A stretch of DNA of 64,000 nt from NCBI GenBank assembly GCA_963665125.2, contig CAXXUK010000001.1, positions 640,001 through 704,000 of the forward strand. The letters run 5' to 3'. The notes beneath the pieces were generated by a model. It was not told the DNA's origin. It saw only the letters and a list, made by a program, of their open reading frames with translations, and ran no database searches. The DNA comes from an uncultured Desulfarculus sp. (GTDB taxonomy: Bacteria > Desulfobacterota > Desulfarculia > Desulfarculales > Desulfarculaceae). The position numbers and the translations under genes are program-made. Shown here piece by piece: positions 31,051 through 40,391 of the stretch; position 1 is the stretch's first letter, and each line of letters starts with the position of its first letter.

Positions 31051-32582
31051 CTGTCTCCGCTTAGGCTCATGGGATAAACATCGGCAAAGGCCGCCAATTG
31101 GGCGTCAGCCTTTTGGGGCAGGCTCACGGTCAGCACGGCGCCGCCGTGTTTGCCGTTGCGGGCTTCGACTTTGCCGCCGGTGCGGGTAACAACGCCATAC
31201 ACAACGCTAAGACCAAGGCCCGTGCCCTTGCCGGGCGGTTTCGTGGTGAAAAACGGGTCAAAGATGCGGTCAACATTTTCGGGCGGGATGCCGGGCCCGG
31301 TGTCGCTGATTTCGGCGAAACGCAGGCCGTCTTCATCTATTCCGGTGCGCACGGTCAACCGGCCGTGGCCGCTCATGGCGTCTATGGCGTTGGACAGCAG
31401 ATTGATGAACACCTGGCGCAGGAGCTTTTCATCTCCTTCAATCTCCAACGGGCCCTTGTAGTAATCACGGACCACGTCGACATGCAGGAACAGCGCGTCG
31501 TCGCGGATGAGGTTGAAGGCGTCTTCCAAGACCTTGTTCAGGTCTAGTTCCTCTATGCGCACCGCGGTCTGGCGGCTGTAGTCCAGCAAATCGCCCACTA
31601 TGTCCCGGCATCGCTCCACGTCTTCGATGATGTTGTCCAGGTCGGCCACGGCCGGGCTGTCCGGTTCCAGGGATTCCTTGACCAACTCAGCGTAGATGGT
31701 GATGCCGGTGAGCGGGTTGTTGAGTTCATGGGCCACGCCGGCCGCGAGTTGGCCCAGGCGGGCCAGTTTGTCCGACTGAACGACTTGCAGCCGGGCCTCG
31801 CTTAGGTGGCGCTCCATCTTGATTTGTTGCCGCAGGTCGTGAAATACGCCCACCGTTGCCGTTGGGCGGCCCCCGCTGAGAATAGTAGAGGAATTGACTA
31901 ATACGGGCACCTTTTCGCCCTGACCGTTAATCAGGAAGGTGCGCACCCCTTCAGCCTTTCCGCCACCCTGGTCGATGATGCCGCGCAGTCGCCGAAGTTC
32001 ATCTATGGGGCAAAAATCCTGCAACCGCTTGGTGCGGCTGGTGTCATCCGGCGGCAGGCCCAAAATGGCCTGGGCCTGGCGGTTGCTTAACAGGACATGG
32101 CCCTTGAGGTCGGCGGCAACAACGGCGTCGACCATGGAGTCCATGACGCTGCCCAGAAACTTGTTGGCCTGTTTCAAATCTTTTTCGAGTTGTTTGGCCT
32201 GGGTGATATCCCGGATGGTTTCAATGACGCCCACCACCCGGTTTTGACTGTCCATCAATGGCGAAAGAATCACCTCTTCAATGACCTGGTTGCCTTTGGA
32301 GTCAGTGAATTCATGAATATTGCTCTGACCCCTTTGACCGGAAAGCGCCGCCCGGAATCGGCACTGCGAAGGGGGGCAGGGCAGGCTTTGGCCGTGGAAG
32401 ACCTCGAAACAGCGCTTGCCTATCACCGCTTCCCTGTTTTGACCATAACGTTGCAAAAAGCTGGGGTTTACCTCTTGAACAACCATTTGGGTGTCCAGGA
32501 CAAGCGTCGGAAATGGTGATGCCCGGAAAACATCAGCCAGTAATTGGTTGTGTTGCTGTTGCATATCCGAAGCCATCATCAT
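31047..32582 (-). CDS. Cytoplasmic PAS-PAS histidine kinase (NtrB-like)
   Basis: Two PAS domains, AHELNNPL, FDPFFTTK; no TM segment. Confidence 0.9.
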   Translation of the reverse strand: MMMASDMQQQHNQLLADVFRASPFPTLVLDTQMVVQEVNPSFLQRYGQNREAVIGKRCFEVFHGQSLPCPPSQCRFRAALSGQRGQSNIHEFTDSKGNQVIEEVILSPLMDSQNRVVGVIETIRDITQAKQLEKDLKQANKFLGSVMDSMVDAVVAADLKGHVLLSNRQAQAILGLPPDDTSRTKRLQDFCPIDELRRLRGIIDQGGGKAEGVRTFLINGQGEKVPVLVNSSTILSGGRPTATVGVFHDLRQQIKMERHLSEARLQVVQSDKLARLGQLAAGVAHELNNPLTGITIYAELVKESLEPDSPAVADLDNIIEDVERCRDIVGDLLDYSRQTAVRIEELDLNKVLEDAFNLIRDDALFLHVDVVRDYYKGPLEIEGDEKLLRQVFINLLSNAIDAMSGHGRLTVRTGIDEDGLRFAEISDTGPGIPPENVDRIFDPFFTTKPPGKGTGLGLSVVYGVVTRTGGKVEARNGKHGGAVLTVSLPQKADAQLAAFADVYPMSLSGDS

Positions 32583-33061
32583 CGCTCCGGTTCGTTGAAA
32601 TTAAGCCGCAACCCGGTTACTGCCGGGCCTTCGTCTTCGGGCTTGACGGCCAGCATTATCGAATGCATTGCGGCGTTGATGGCCAAGGGCGTCACGTTTG
32701 CCTGATCAAGGCCATCAAGAGCTAGATTCATTATGCCCCAACGGTCGCCGAAATGGGGGCCTTGCAGATGGATTACGCTTACCGGCACCGGTCTGTCGGC
32801 TTCGAACCCGGTGGCCAACATGGCCGAATCCGCCTTGGCCGCTGTCTCAAGACTCAGGCACAATGATATTTGGGGGTCGCCCTTGGGCCAAGCCGCCAAC
32901 AGAAAATGAGGCCTGAACTGAAGGCGAAGCTGTTCCAGGGCCCTGTGAGCGGCGGGGATATCCTTTTGTCGGCCCCAGACCTGCAACAGGGCCAGACCCC
33001 GTTTGACGGCGATGCCGTAGACCCTTACCGGAAGTTCGCTATAGACGGCGATGGTTTCCAC
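32579..33061 (-). CDS. Hypothetical protein with ACT-like fold
   Basis: Overlapping operon position; C-terminal VSVIHLQGPHFGDRWGI resembles an aspartokinase ACT domain. Confidence 0.55.
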   Translation of the reverse strand: METIAVYSELPVRVYGIAVKRGLALLQVWGRQKDIPAAHRALEQLRLQFRPHFLLAAWPKGDPQISLCLSLETAAKADSAMLATGFEADRPVPVSVIHLQGPHFGDRWGIMNLALDGLDQANVTPLAINAAMHSIMLAVKPEDEGPAVTGLRLNFNEPER

Positions 33062-33064
33062 TGC

Positions 33065-33592
33065 CTAATCCTCCGGTTTTTTCCTGTTGGTCTGGACCAC
33101 ATGCACCTCGGAGTCCATGGGAGAGATGCCTGTCGGCAATACGAAAATCCGGGTGAATATCTCCTCGGCCAGTTGGGCCTTGGCCTGGTTCAGAACCATC
33201 ATCATCGCTGAGGTGCTTGTGTTCATCAACAGCGGATGGATGCCGTTTTCCGCCAGTTTTGCCGTAACGTAAAAGGGCAGGGTGGGATTGTCGGACAAGG
33301 GATAAAAGGAAAAACAAACCACTTGGCCGATCAACTCCGGATTGGGGTCGTTGTACTCGGCGGCCACGTCCCTGGCCTCGGCCATTGCCCTGGCCGTGTA
33401 TTCCGGAGCGATGAGTAGACCCGCTTGGCCAAATGTGTCTTCAGCGGCCAGCATGCGTATGTTGATATGCGATCGGGACAGGCGGCTTGTTAAGGCAAAA
33501 AGCGACCGACCAAGCCCCCCTTTGTGAATCAGGAGACTCAGTTCGCCGCTTTTTTTTAGGCCTGCCAGCCGCAGGGGTCTATTCCCGATCAA
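33065..33592 (-). CDS. ACT-domain protein (aspartokinase beta-like)
   Basis: LSRSHINIRML and LAENGIHPLLMNTSTSAMMMV resemble tandem ACT repeats. Confidence 0.6.
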   Translation of the reverse strand: MIGNRPLRLAGLKKSGELSLLIHKGGLGRSLFALTSRLSRSHINIRMLAAEDTFGQAGLLIAPEYTARAMAEARDVAAEYNDPNPELIGQVVCFSFYPLSDNPTLPFYVTAKLAENGIHPLLMNTSTSAMMMVLNQAKAQLAEEIFTRIFVLPTGISPMDSEVHVVQTNRKKPED

Positions 33593-33604
33593 TCCAGGAT
33601 GGCC

Positions 33605-33988
33605 CTAGATCAGATCGGCAACCAGTTCGGCCAGCTTGTCAAGATCCACAGGTTTGGGCACGTAATCGTCAGCTTGGACCTTCATGCCGTCCTGGTGGGT
33701 GTATGTTGTCGAGGGAACGGCCGAGCCTACGGCTGTGAGCAAAATTACCGGGATGTCCTTGTACTCGCTGTCGCTTTTGAGCTCATCGCAGACTTCGTAG
33801 CCGTTTTTTCTGGGCATCATCACGTCAAGCACGATCAGATCGGGCCGCTTTGCCTTGATGCTTTCCCAGGCTTCGATTCCGTCATAGGCCTTGCCTATGC
33901 TGAATCCCCGGGACTCCAGGTTCATGGCCACGGCTTCAACCAAATCTGGATCGTCGTCTACGATCAGGACATACTTTGGCTCGGCCAT
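33605..33988 (-). CDS. Single-domain response regulator
   Basis: VDDD, LDVMMP, LLTA, KP motifs; AAGGAGG RBS. Confidence 0.9.
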   Translation of the reverse strand: MAEPKYVLIVDDDPDLVEAVAMNLESRGFSIGKAYDGIEAWESIKAKRPDLIVLDVMMPRKNGYEVCDELKSDSEYKDIPVILLTAVGSAVPSTTYTHQDGMKVQADDYVPKPVDLDKLAELVADLI

Positions 33989-34044
33989 GTGCACCTCCTT
34001 CGATCATCGGTTGGAGCGGCGCGATATGCGCCGCTCCATCTATT

Positions 34045-34968
34045 TTATACTTGGGGCCTAGGCAATAAGCCAGCCCTTTCGGTGATCTCGGGTACGCGGT
34101 GTTCCCATTCGATGAGCATGAGGTGGACTCCGGCGATGCCGGGCATCTCTTTTACCTGCTCGATTTGTTCCAACAGAATCTTGATGCCTTCTTCGGCCTG
34201 TTCCTTTTTGTCGACGCCGGCGACGCGTTTGACGAGTTCGTCGGGCACTTCCATGCCGGGAACCTTGTTGGCCATGTATTTGGCCATGCCAGCGCTCTTG
34301 AGCGGGGTCAAACCGGCCAGGATGGCGCATTTCTCGGTCAGACCCTCTTCGTGCGCCTTTTTCATGTAATCACGGAACTTGTCCATGTTGTAGATGCACT
34401 GGGTCTGAATGAAGTCCGCACCGGCGGCGATTTTTTTGGCCAGGCGTCTGACGCGCAGCTCATAGGGGTCGCCAAAGGGGTTGGCGGCGGCGCCGATGAA
34501 CATCTTGGGAGCGCCCTTGAGGTCCGCGCCGCCCAGGAATTTTTCCTCGTCGCGCATGATCTTGCACATCTGGATCATTTGGATGGAGTCCAGGTCGTGC
34601 ACGTTGATCGACTGCGGGTGGTCGCCGAAGCTGGGGTGGTCGCCGCTGAGGCACAGCATGGTGTTGATGCCCAGGGCGGTGGCGCCCAGAATGTCGGACT
34701 GCATGGCGATGCGGTTGCGGTCGCGGCTGACCATCTGGTAGTTGGGCTCCAGGCCCAAATCCTTGGCGATCAAGGCGGTAGCCCAGGAGGCCATGCGGAC
34801 CATGGCGGTCTGGTTGTCGGTAATATTGACCGCGTCGACCTTGCCAACCAAGTGCTTGGCTTTTTCTTTGACGGCCTCGACGTCGTTGCCACGGGGCGGG
34901 CCCAACTCACCGGTTACCGCGAAATTGCCGGCCGCCAGGACTTTTTCAAGATTGCTTTGGCTTTTCAT
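34045..34968 (-). CDS. metF: Methylenetetrahydrofolate reductase
   Basis: GELGPP, NITDN, RDRNR, LSGDHP, FIQTQ. Confidence 0.9.
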   Translation of the reverse strand: MKSQSNLEKVLAAGNFAVTGELGPPRGNDVEAVKEKAKHLVGKVDAVNITDNQTAMVRMASWATALIAKDLGLEPNYQMVSRDRNRIAMQSDILGATALGINTMLCLSGDHPSFGDHPQSINVHDLDSIQMIQMCKIMRDEEKFLGGADLKGAPKMFIGAAANPFGDPYELRVRRLAKKIAAGADFIQTQCIYNMDKFRDYMKKAHEEGLTEKCAILAGLTPLKSAGMAKYMANKVPGMEVPDELVKRVAGVDKKEQAEEGIKILLEQIEQVKEMPGIAGVHLMLIEWEHRVPEITERAGLLPRPQV

Positions 34969-35633
34969 GACATCAAGTCCTCTCTGACGATCTTACGAGG
35001 TCCACCATCGCGCGAAGTACGCCAGTCTTTGACCGGCATGATCTTGTCGTACAGGTCGGTGCGGCCCATGGCCGTCAGACGATCCCAAATCAACTGCCAA
35101 CCGCAAGGCGTATCGGGGTTGATCTCACAGCTGCCATGGGTGGAGCCGCCGCAGGGGCCGTTGAAAAGGCGCTTGGAACAGCGGGCCACCGGGCAGATAC
35201 CGCCGGTGTAGGCCAGCACGCAGTCGCCACAACCCTGGCAACGCTCGGCCCAAACGCCCTGCTGTTCGCTGGCGCCCATGAACGAGGTGTTGACCATGGG
35301 GTAGACCGGCTTTTCCATGTACCGGCTGGCCACGGTCTGCACACCGCAGCCACAGGCCATGGACAGGATTGCCTCGTATTTGTCGGCAATCTTGGCCAGT
35401 TCCTCGACGTACTCGGGGTCGCACTGGCGCTCCAGGGTCAGCTCGTCGATTTCGAGTTTCTTGCCATCTTTGAGGAAGGCCATCTGCAGGGCCGAAGCCA
35501 AAATGCCGACCTCTTTGCGTCCACCGGCGTTACACACGGTGACGCACTCGTTGCAACCCAGCAAAAGAACCTTGCTGAAGGGCGCAACGTACTCCATGAT
35601 CTCTTCAATGGGCTTGCGTTCCGCTACGATCAT
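34965..35633 (-). CDS. metV: Methylene-THF reductase Fe-S subunit MetV
   Basis: CQGCGDC...GICPVARCSKRLFNGPCGG...CGW. Confidence 0.88.
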   Translation of the reverse strand: MIVAERKPIEEIMEYVAPFSKVLLLGCNECVTVCNAGGRKEVGILASALQMAFLKDGKKLEIDELTLERQCDPEYVEELAKIADKYEAILSMACGCGVQTVASRYMEKPVYPMVNTSFMGASEQQGVWAERCQGCGDCVLAYTGGICPVARCSKRLFNGPCGGSTHGSCEINPDTPCGWQLIWDRLTAMGRTDLYDKIMPVKDWRTSRDGGPRKIVREDLMS

Positions 35634-35650
35634 GATTTGTCCGTCCTAAC

Positions 35651-36079
35651 TTAGGCCGCCTGCCGGGCCTGCCCCTTGATGGGGTTGGGGCCCAACTCGC
35701 GAACCTTATCAGTGAATTCAGTCGCCACAGAGGCGAACACGTTGCCCTGACCGGCCGACATGTGGGTCATCATGACCCGCTCGCCGCCGATACCAATATC
35801 GTTCAGCAGGTTCTGAACGTATTCCACTCTTTTAGCAGCCCGCAGGTTGCCGTTTTTGAAGTGGCAGTCGCCTTCAAGGCAACCAGCCACCAAGACGCCG
35901 TCGGCGCCTTTCTGCAGGGCGCGCATAATGTGAAGGGTGTCCACCTTGCCGGTGCAGGGGACCTTGATCACATTAACGTTGGCCGGGTAGCTTATGCGCT
36001 GCAGGCCAGCCATGTCGGCGGCCGTATAGGCGCAGTATTCGCATGCAAAGGCCACGATGATCGGTTCAAAGCTAGCCAT
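35651..36079 (-). CDS. mvhD: MvhD/FlpD-type [2Fe-2S] subunit
   Basis: ACEYCAYTAAD, PCTGK, GCLEGDCHF. Confidence 0.9.
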   Translation of the reverse strand: MASFEPIIVAFACEYCAYTAADMAGLQRISYPANVNVIKVPCTGKVDTLHIMRALQKGADGVLVAGCLEGDCHFKNGNLRAAKRVEYVQNLLNDIGIGGERVMMTHMSAGQGNVFASVATEFTDKVRELGPNPIKGQARQAA

Positions 36080-39000
36080 TTACAGGACTCCTTCCAGCAG
36101 GGCGTCGGTCTGGGCCAGGATCTGGTCGTCTTCGTAGCCTTGCAGTTGGATGGCCTTGGCCGGGCATTCGGCGGCGCATACGCCGCAGCCCAGGCACTTC
36201 TCGGGGTCGATCTGCGAGTAGCCGTCGGCGTTAATGAACGGCACGCCAAACGGGCAGGCCCGCACACAAACCAGACAGGCGGCGCACATTTCGCCGGTGA
36301 CCTTGGCCACGCCGCCGGTAACCTGGATGGCTTCCTGGGCCAGCACGGTGATGGCCCGGCCGGCAGCGGCCTGGCCCTGCATGATCGCTTCGTCGATGCT
36401 CTTGGGAGCCAACACCGAACCGGCGGCGAAGATGCCGGGCTCGGGGGTCTCCACCGGGCGCATCTTGACGTGCTCTTCCAGCAGGAAGCCTTCGTCGGTC
36501 TGCTGAAGCTCGAATATGGAGCACAGATCCTCAAGGCCTTCTTCGTCGGCGATCTGCGGGGTCGACAGCACCAGGGCGCTGGCTTCCACGGCCACGGGGC
36601 GTCCCAGGACCGGATCGTCAAAGGAGACCAGGACCTTGCCGCCGTCTTCGGTGACCACGGGAGGCTGGCCTTCGTTGTAGCGAACGAAGAGGATGCCGCT
36701 CTCGCGGGCGATGCGGTAGTCTTCCTCGGATGCGTACGGGGTGCGCATGTCGCGGTAGAGCACGACGATCTGGGCATCGGGGCTCTTTTCACGGAGTTCC
36801 AGGGCGTTCTTGAGGGCCGAGCGGCAGCAGATGCGGCCGCAGGCCGGGTTGGCGGCGTTGCGCGAACCCACGCACTGGATCATGACCACGCTGTCGAGGC
36901 CGGCCATGTCGCCCTTGGCCAGCTTCTGGCCCAGCTCAACCTGGGTTATCACGGCGTTGTTCTTGCCGTAGAGGTAGCCCTCGGGATCGTAGGCCTTGCC
37001 GCCGGTGGCCAGGATGGTCACACCGTGCTTGATTTCCTGGTAGTACATCGCCGGGCCGGACTGCACGCCGGTGGTGAAGTCGCCCAGGCAGCCCTTGTTG
37101 TCGACCACGAGCGCTTCGGTGAGCACTTCGATCTTGTCGTTGGCTTCGACCTTGGCGACCAGGTTTTCGACAATGGGGGCAACCGGATTGCCCGACAGGG
37201 TGTGAGTAAGATTGACAGCGTAACCGCCGAGCTGCTTTTCGCGCTCGACGAGCTTGACATCAAAGCCCTGATCGGCAAGTGACAGGGCCGAACTCATGCC
37301 GGCCACGCCGCCGCCGACCACCAGCGCCGTCTTGTTGAGGCCCTGGGGCTGGGTGTAAATGGGCTTGGCAGCCTTGACCCGGGCCACGGCCATGCGAACC
37401 AGCATAACGGCTTTGTGGGTCGCGGCTTCGGGCATACCCTGGTGGACCAGGGCATCCTGGTCGCGGACGTTGGCGATCTCGACCATGGCCCTGTTCAGGC
37501 CGGCGCGGCGCACGGCCTCGGCGTAAATTTTGCCGTGGGTGCGCGGGCTGTTGCCGATGATCACAACGCGGTTGACGCCATTGGCCTTGATGGACTCGAT
37601 AAGTTTGTCCAGCCCGTCGCCGCCGCCATAGGAGACCGATACTTCCTCGACCACCGCCACATCGGGCATGGTCTTGGCCGCGTCGAGAAGTTTGGCCGTG
37701 TCCACCGCCCGGGCGATGTTGCCGCCGAAGTCGGCCAGGTACACGCCGACCTTGGGAGCTTCGCCGGAGGTTTCGCGCTCGGCGGGCAGCTCTTTTTCAT
37801 AGCGTACTGGCTCGGGAGCGGTCAGATGCATGCTGGCCAGGCAAGCGGCCGCCGAAGCCTGCATGATGGAATCGGGAATATCCTTGGGGCCGGTGGCCAT
37901 GCCGCAGGCGTAGATGCCTTCGCGGCTGGTGCTCACGGGAGCGGCGTCGCTGGTGGCCACGAAGTTGAACTGGTCCAACTCGATGCCCAGGGTTTCGGCG
38001 ACCTTGCCGGCGTCCTTGGAAGCGCAGAAACCGGTGGCCAACACCAGCATATCCAGGGCGGCCTCGAGCTGTTGGCCGTCTTCGGTGGCATAGCTGAGCA
38101 TCAGGTCGCCGGTTGTCTCGTCACGGCGCACGGTGTGGGGGCGGCAACGGACAAAGTTGATGCCCACATCGTTTTTCATGCGCTGGTAATATTGCTCGTA
38201 GTCCTTGCCCATGGGGCGGATGTCCATATAGAAAATGGTTGCATCCAGCTCATCGGAAAAATGTTCCTTGGCCCATGAGGCTTCCTTCATGGCGAACATG
38301 CAGCAGATTTCAGAGCAGTAGGGATTGCCGGGCGCCTTGGTGGTGCGGCTGCCCACGCACTGGATCCAGCCCACGCGGGTGGGGCGGCGTCCGTCGCTGG
38401 GACGGGCGAAAATGCCGCTGGTTGGTCCGGTGGGGGACAAGATGCGCTCGAATTCGAGGCTGGTCACCACGTCCGGGAACACACCGTAGCCGTAGTAATC
38501 CGACAGCGGGGTAGGGTCGAACAGTTCCGCGCCGCTGGCCACGATAATGGAGCCGACCTCAATGGTGGTGGTTGTCGCCTGCTGATCAAGCTTGATGGCG
38601 CCGGGCTCGCAGCAACTGGCCCAGGAGCCGTCGCCGGCCTTTTCCTTATCGACGGCAAAGGCTTGGGGCACGGCTTGGGGATAACGCAGGCAGCTTGGGC
38701 TGCTGTGATCCAAACCGGGGGTGAAGCTGACCGCACCTTCGGGGGCCGCCTTGAGACACTCTCCGCATGCCGTGCAAAGCTCGGTGTCGATGTAACGCGG
38801 ATTGGTCTGGAGCTCGACGGTGAAAGCGCCAGCCTCACCGCTGACGCCCACGACTTCGGTCAGGGGCATTACGCCGATGCCGATATCGAAGCCTGCGGGG
38901 GCCATGTCCGGCGACAGGTAGCAGATCTGGCAATCGTTGGTCGGGAACTGACGGTCCAGCAGTGGGACAAACCCGCCGGGATTGGATGCCTTGTCGGTCA

Positions 39001-39112
39001 CGATGACCCGACGGCCGGACTCTGCGAGGTCCAGCGCGGCTTTCAATCCGGCGATGCCGCCACCCATTACGAGGACAGTTTCCAGCCGACCGTTCTTGGT
39101 TGCGTCGCTCAT
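36080..39112 (-). CDS. hdrA: Double-length HdrA-like FAD/Fe-S protein
   Basis: Two GGGxAG FAD motifs, IQCVGSR twice, CxxxCC twice, C-terminal ferredoxin. Confidence 0.85.
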   Translation of the reverse strand: MSDATKNGRLETVLVMGGGIAGLKAALDLAESGRRVIVTDKASNPGGFVPLLDRQFPTNDCQICYLSPDMAPAGFDIGIGVMPLTEVVGVSGEAGAFTVELQTNPRYIDTELCTACGECLKAAPEGAVSFTPGLDHSSPSCLRYPQAVPQAFAVDKEKAGDGSWASCCEPGAIKLDQQATTTTIEVGSIIVASGAELFDPTPLSDYYGYGVFPDVVTSLEFERILSPTGPTSGIFARPSDGRRPTRVGWIQCVGSRTTKAPGNPYCSEICCMFAMKEASWAKEHFSDELDATIFYMDIRPMGKDYEQYYQRMKNDVGINFVRCRPHTVRRDETTGDLMLSYATEDGQQLEAALDMLVLATGFCASKDAGKVAETLGIELDQFNFVATSDAAPVSTSREGIYACGMATGPKDIPDSIMQASAAACLASMHLTAPEPVRYEKELPAERETSGEAPKVGVYLADFGGNIARAVDTAKLLDAAKTMPDVAVVEEVSVSYGGGDGLDKLIESIKANGVNRVVIIGNSPRTHGKIYAEAVRRAGLNRAMVEIANVRDQDALVHQGMPEAATHKAVMLVRMAVARVKAAKPIYTQPQGLNKTALVVGGGVAGMSSALSLADQGFDVKLVEREKQLGGYAVNLTHTLSGNPVAPIVENLVAKVEANDKIEVLTEALVVDNKGCLGDFTTGVQSGPAMYYQEIKHGVTILATGGKAYDPEGYLYGKNNAVITQVELGQKLAKGDMAGLDSVVMIQCVGSRNAANPACGRICCRSALKNALELREKSPDAQIVVLYRDMRTPYASEEDYRIARESGILFVRYNEGQPPVVTEDGGKVLVSFDDPVLGRPVAVEASALVLSTPQIADEEGLEDLCSIFELQQTDEGFLLEEHVKMRPVETPEPGIFAAGSVLAPKSIDEAIMQGQAAAGRAITVLAQEAIQVTGGVAKVTGEMCAACLVCVRACPFGVPFINADGYSQIDPEKCLGCGVCAAECPAKAIQLQGYEDDQILAQTDALLEGVL

Positions 39113-39158
39113 GGGAAACCCTTCGATGTTAATAGAATTCCTGCACTTAACGCCGGCT

Positions 39159-40031
39159 TCAGCAACCTGCCGAATCCAAAATTCGCGGCAGCTTGTTTTC
39201 CCAGCCGGCGGTTACCAACAATACTCCGCCGCAGAGCTTCTTGAGGGCCTTTACCGTCTCACCAGCGATCTTGACGCATTCGGCCGGCCTGTCCGAGGCC
39301 TGACGGATGCGTCTGATAACGTCTTCGCCGATGTGCACGCCGGTGAGGTTCTGAGTGAGATAGCGGGCCATGCCCACCGACTTCAGAAGCATCACCGAGG
39401 CGATGACCGGAGCGCCGATTCCCTTGGCCTTGTTCATAAAGGAAGCGAACGCTTCCACATCGAACACAGGCGGGGCGATCAGGAACTTGGCGCCCTTGCC
39501 GACCGCGGCCCTGGCGTTGTCGATACGCAGTTCACCCTGCGCATCATCCACCCATGGTTCAATGCGCGCGCCCAAGCAGAACTTGGGTACGCCCCTAAGC
39601 TCCCGGCCGCCGATATCACGGCCGCCGGCCAGGGTGGTCGCGGCCTCCAGGAAGCCGACGGAACTAAGGTCATACACGGGCTTGGCCTGGAGATGGTCGC
39701 CCATTTCAATGGGTTCACCCTCCACGGCCATGACGTTCGCGACGCCCATGACATGGGCCGCCAGCAGATCGGCTTGCAGTGCCAAGCGATTGCGGTCGCG
39801 GCATGAGAACTGGATGATCGGCTCGACGCCCTGGCCTTTGAGCAACACTGCTCCCGCCAAGGCTGACATCCTCATAACCGCGTAACTCATGTCCGGGACA
39901 AGCGCGGCGTCGATCCTGCCCGATACATGTCTGGCGTTGTCGACAAAGCCCGAGATGTCCACTCCCTTGGGTGTCTCCATCTCGACCAATACCACGAAAT
40001 CCTTGGACTTTAGAGTGTCTGCAAAGGCCAT
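39159..40031 (-). CDS. MetF paralog (divergent)
   Basis: RMSALAG, CRDRNRLALQADLL, LKSVGMARY; several catalytic motifs altered. Confidence 0.8.
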   Translation of the reverse strand: MAFADTLKSKDFVVLVEMETPKGVDISGFVDNARHVSGRIDAALVPDMSYAVMRMSALAGAVLLKGQGVEPIIQFSCRDRNRLALQADLLAAHVMGVANVMAVEGEPIEMGDHLQAKPVYDLSSVGFLEAATTLAGGRDIGGRELRGVPKFCLGARIEPWVDDAQGELRIDNARAAVGKGAKFLIAPPVFDVEAFASFMNKAKGIGAPVIASVMLLKSVGMARYLTQNLTGVHIGEDVIRRIRQASDRPAECVKIAGETVKALKKLCGGVLLVTAGWENKLPRILDSAGC

Positions 40032-40177
40032 CTACTGCCCTCCCTTTAAAAAAGGGACGCGGACAAGCCAAAGCTGACGCGACTCTGCGGCGGGTACACC
40101 GCCTGATGTATGCCCGTCGTTCCCTGCGGCGTGGATGACAACTTTGCCCACGTTTGATTTAGAGCAAATTCATCACC

Positions 40178-40228
40178 CTGTGACATAGTTCACTTTACCG
40201 AATATACTTCATAACCCTATTTGATCAA
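40178..40228 (-). promoter_or_regulatory. Candidate sigma70 promoter with Rex-like operator
   Basis: Minus strand TTGATC-N16-TATATT; cTGTGAcATAGTTCACtt resembles the Rex site TTGTGAA-N4-TTCACAA. Confidence 0.5.
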
Positions 40229-40391
40229 GGCTGCAAGAGATTGTTTTGTTTTTAACAACCCTATGCAACCAGTAGTCTATTAACAGTATGATTTGATATC
40301 CATATCAAGATGCAACACCCTTGTTGGCCCCTTGTTGTTTTTTTTGGCTACAACGGAGCGGTGCTCCATGTTATCGCGAGGATGACGGACG

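Noticed and set aside
35651..39112. Selenocysteine forms of MvhD/HdrA
   Set aside because: Both frames are open and full length with no internal TGA
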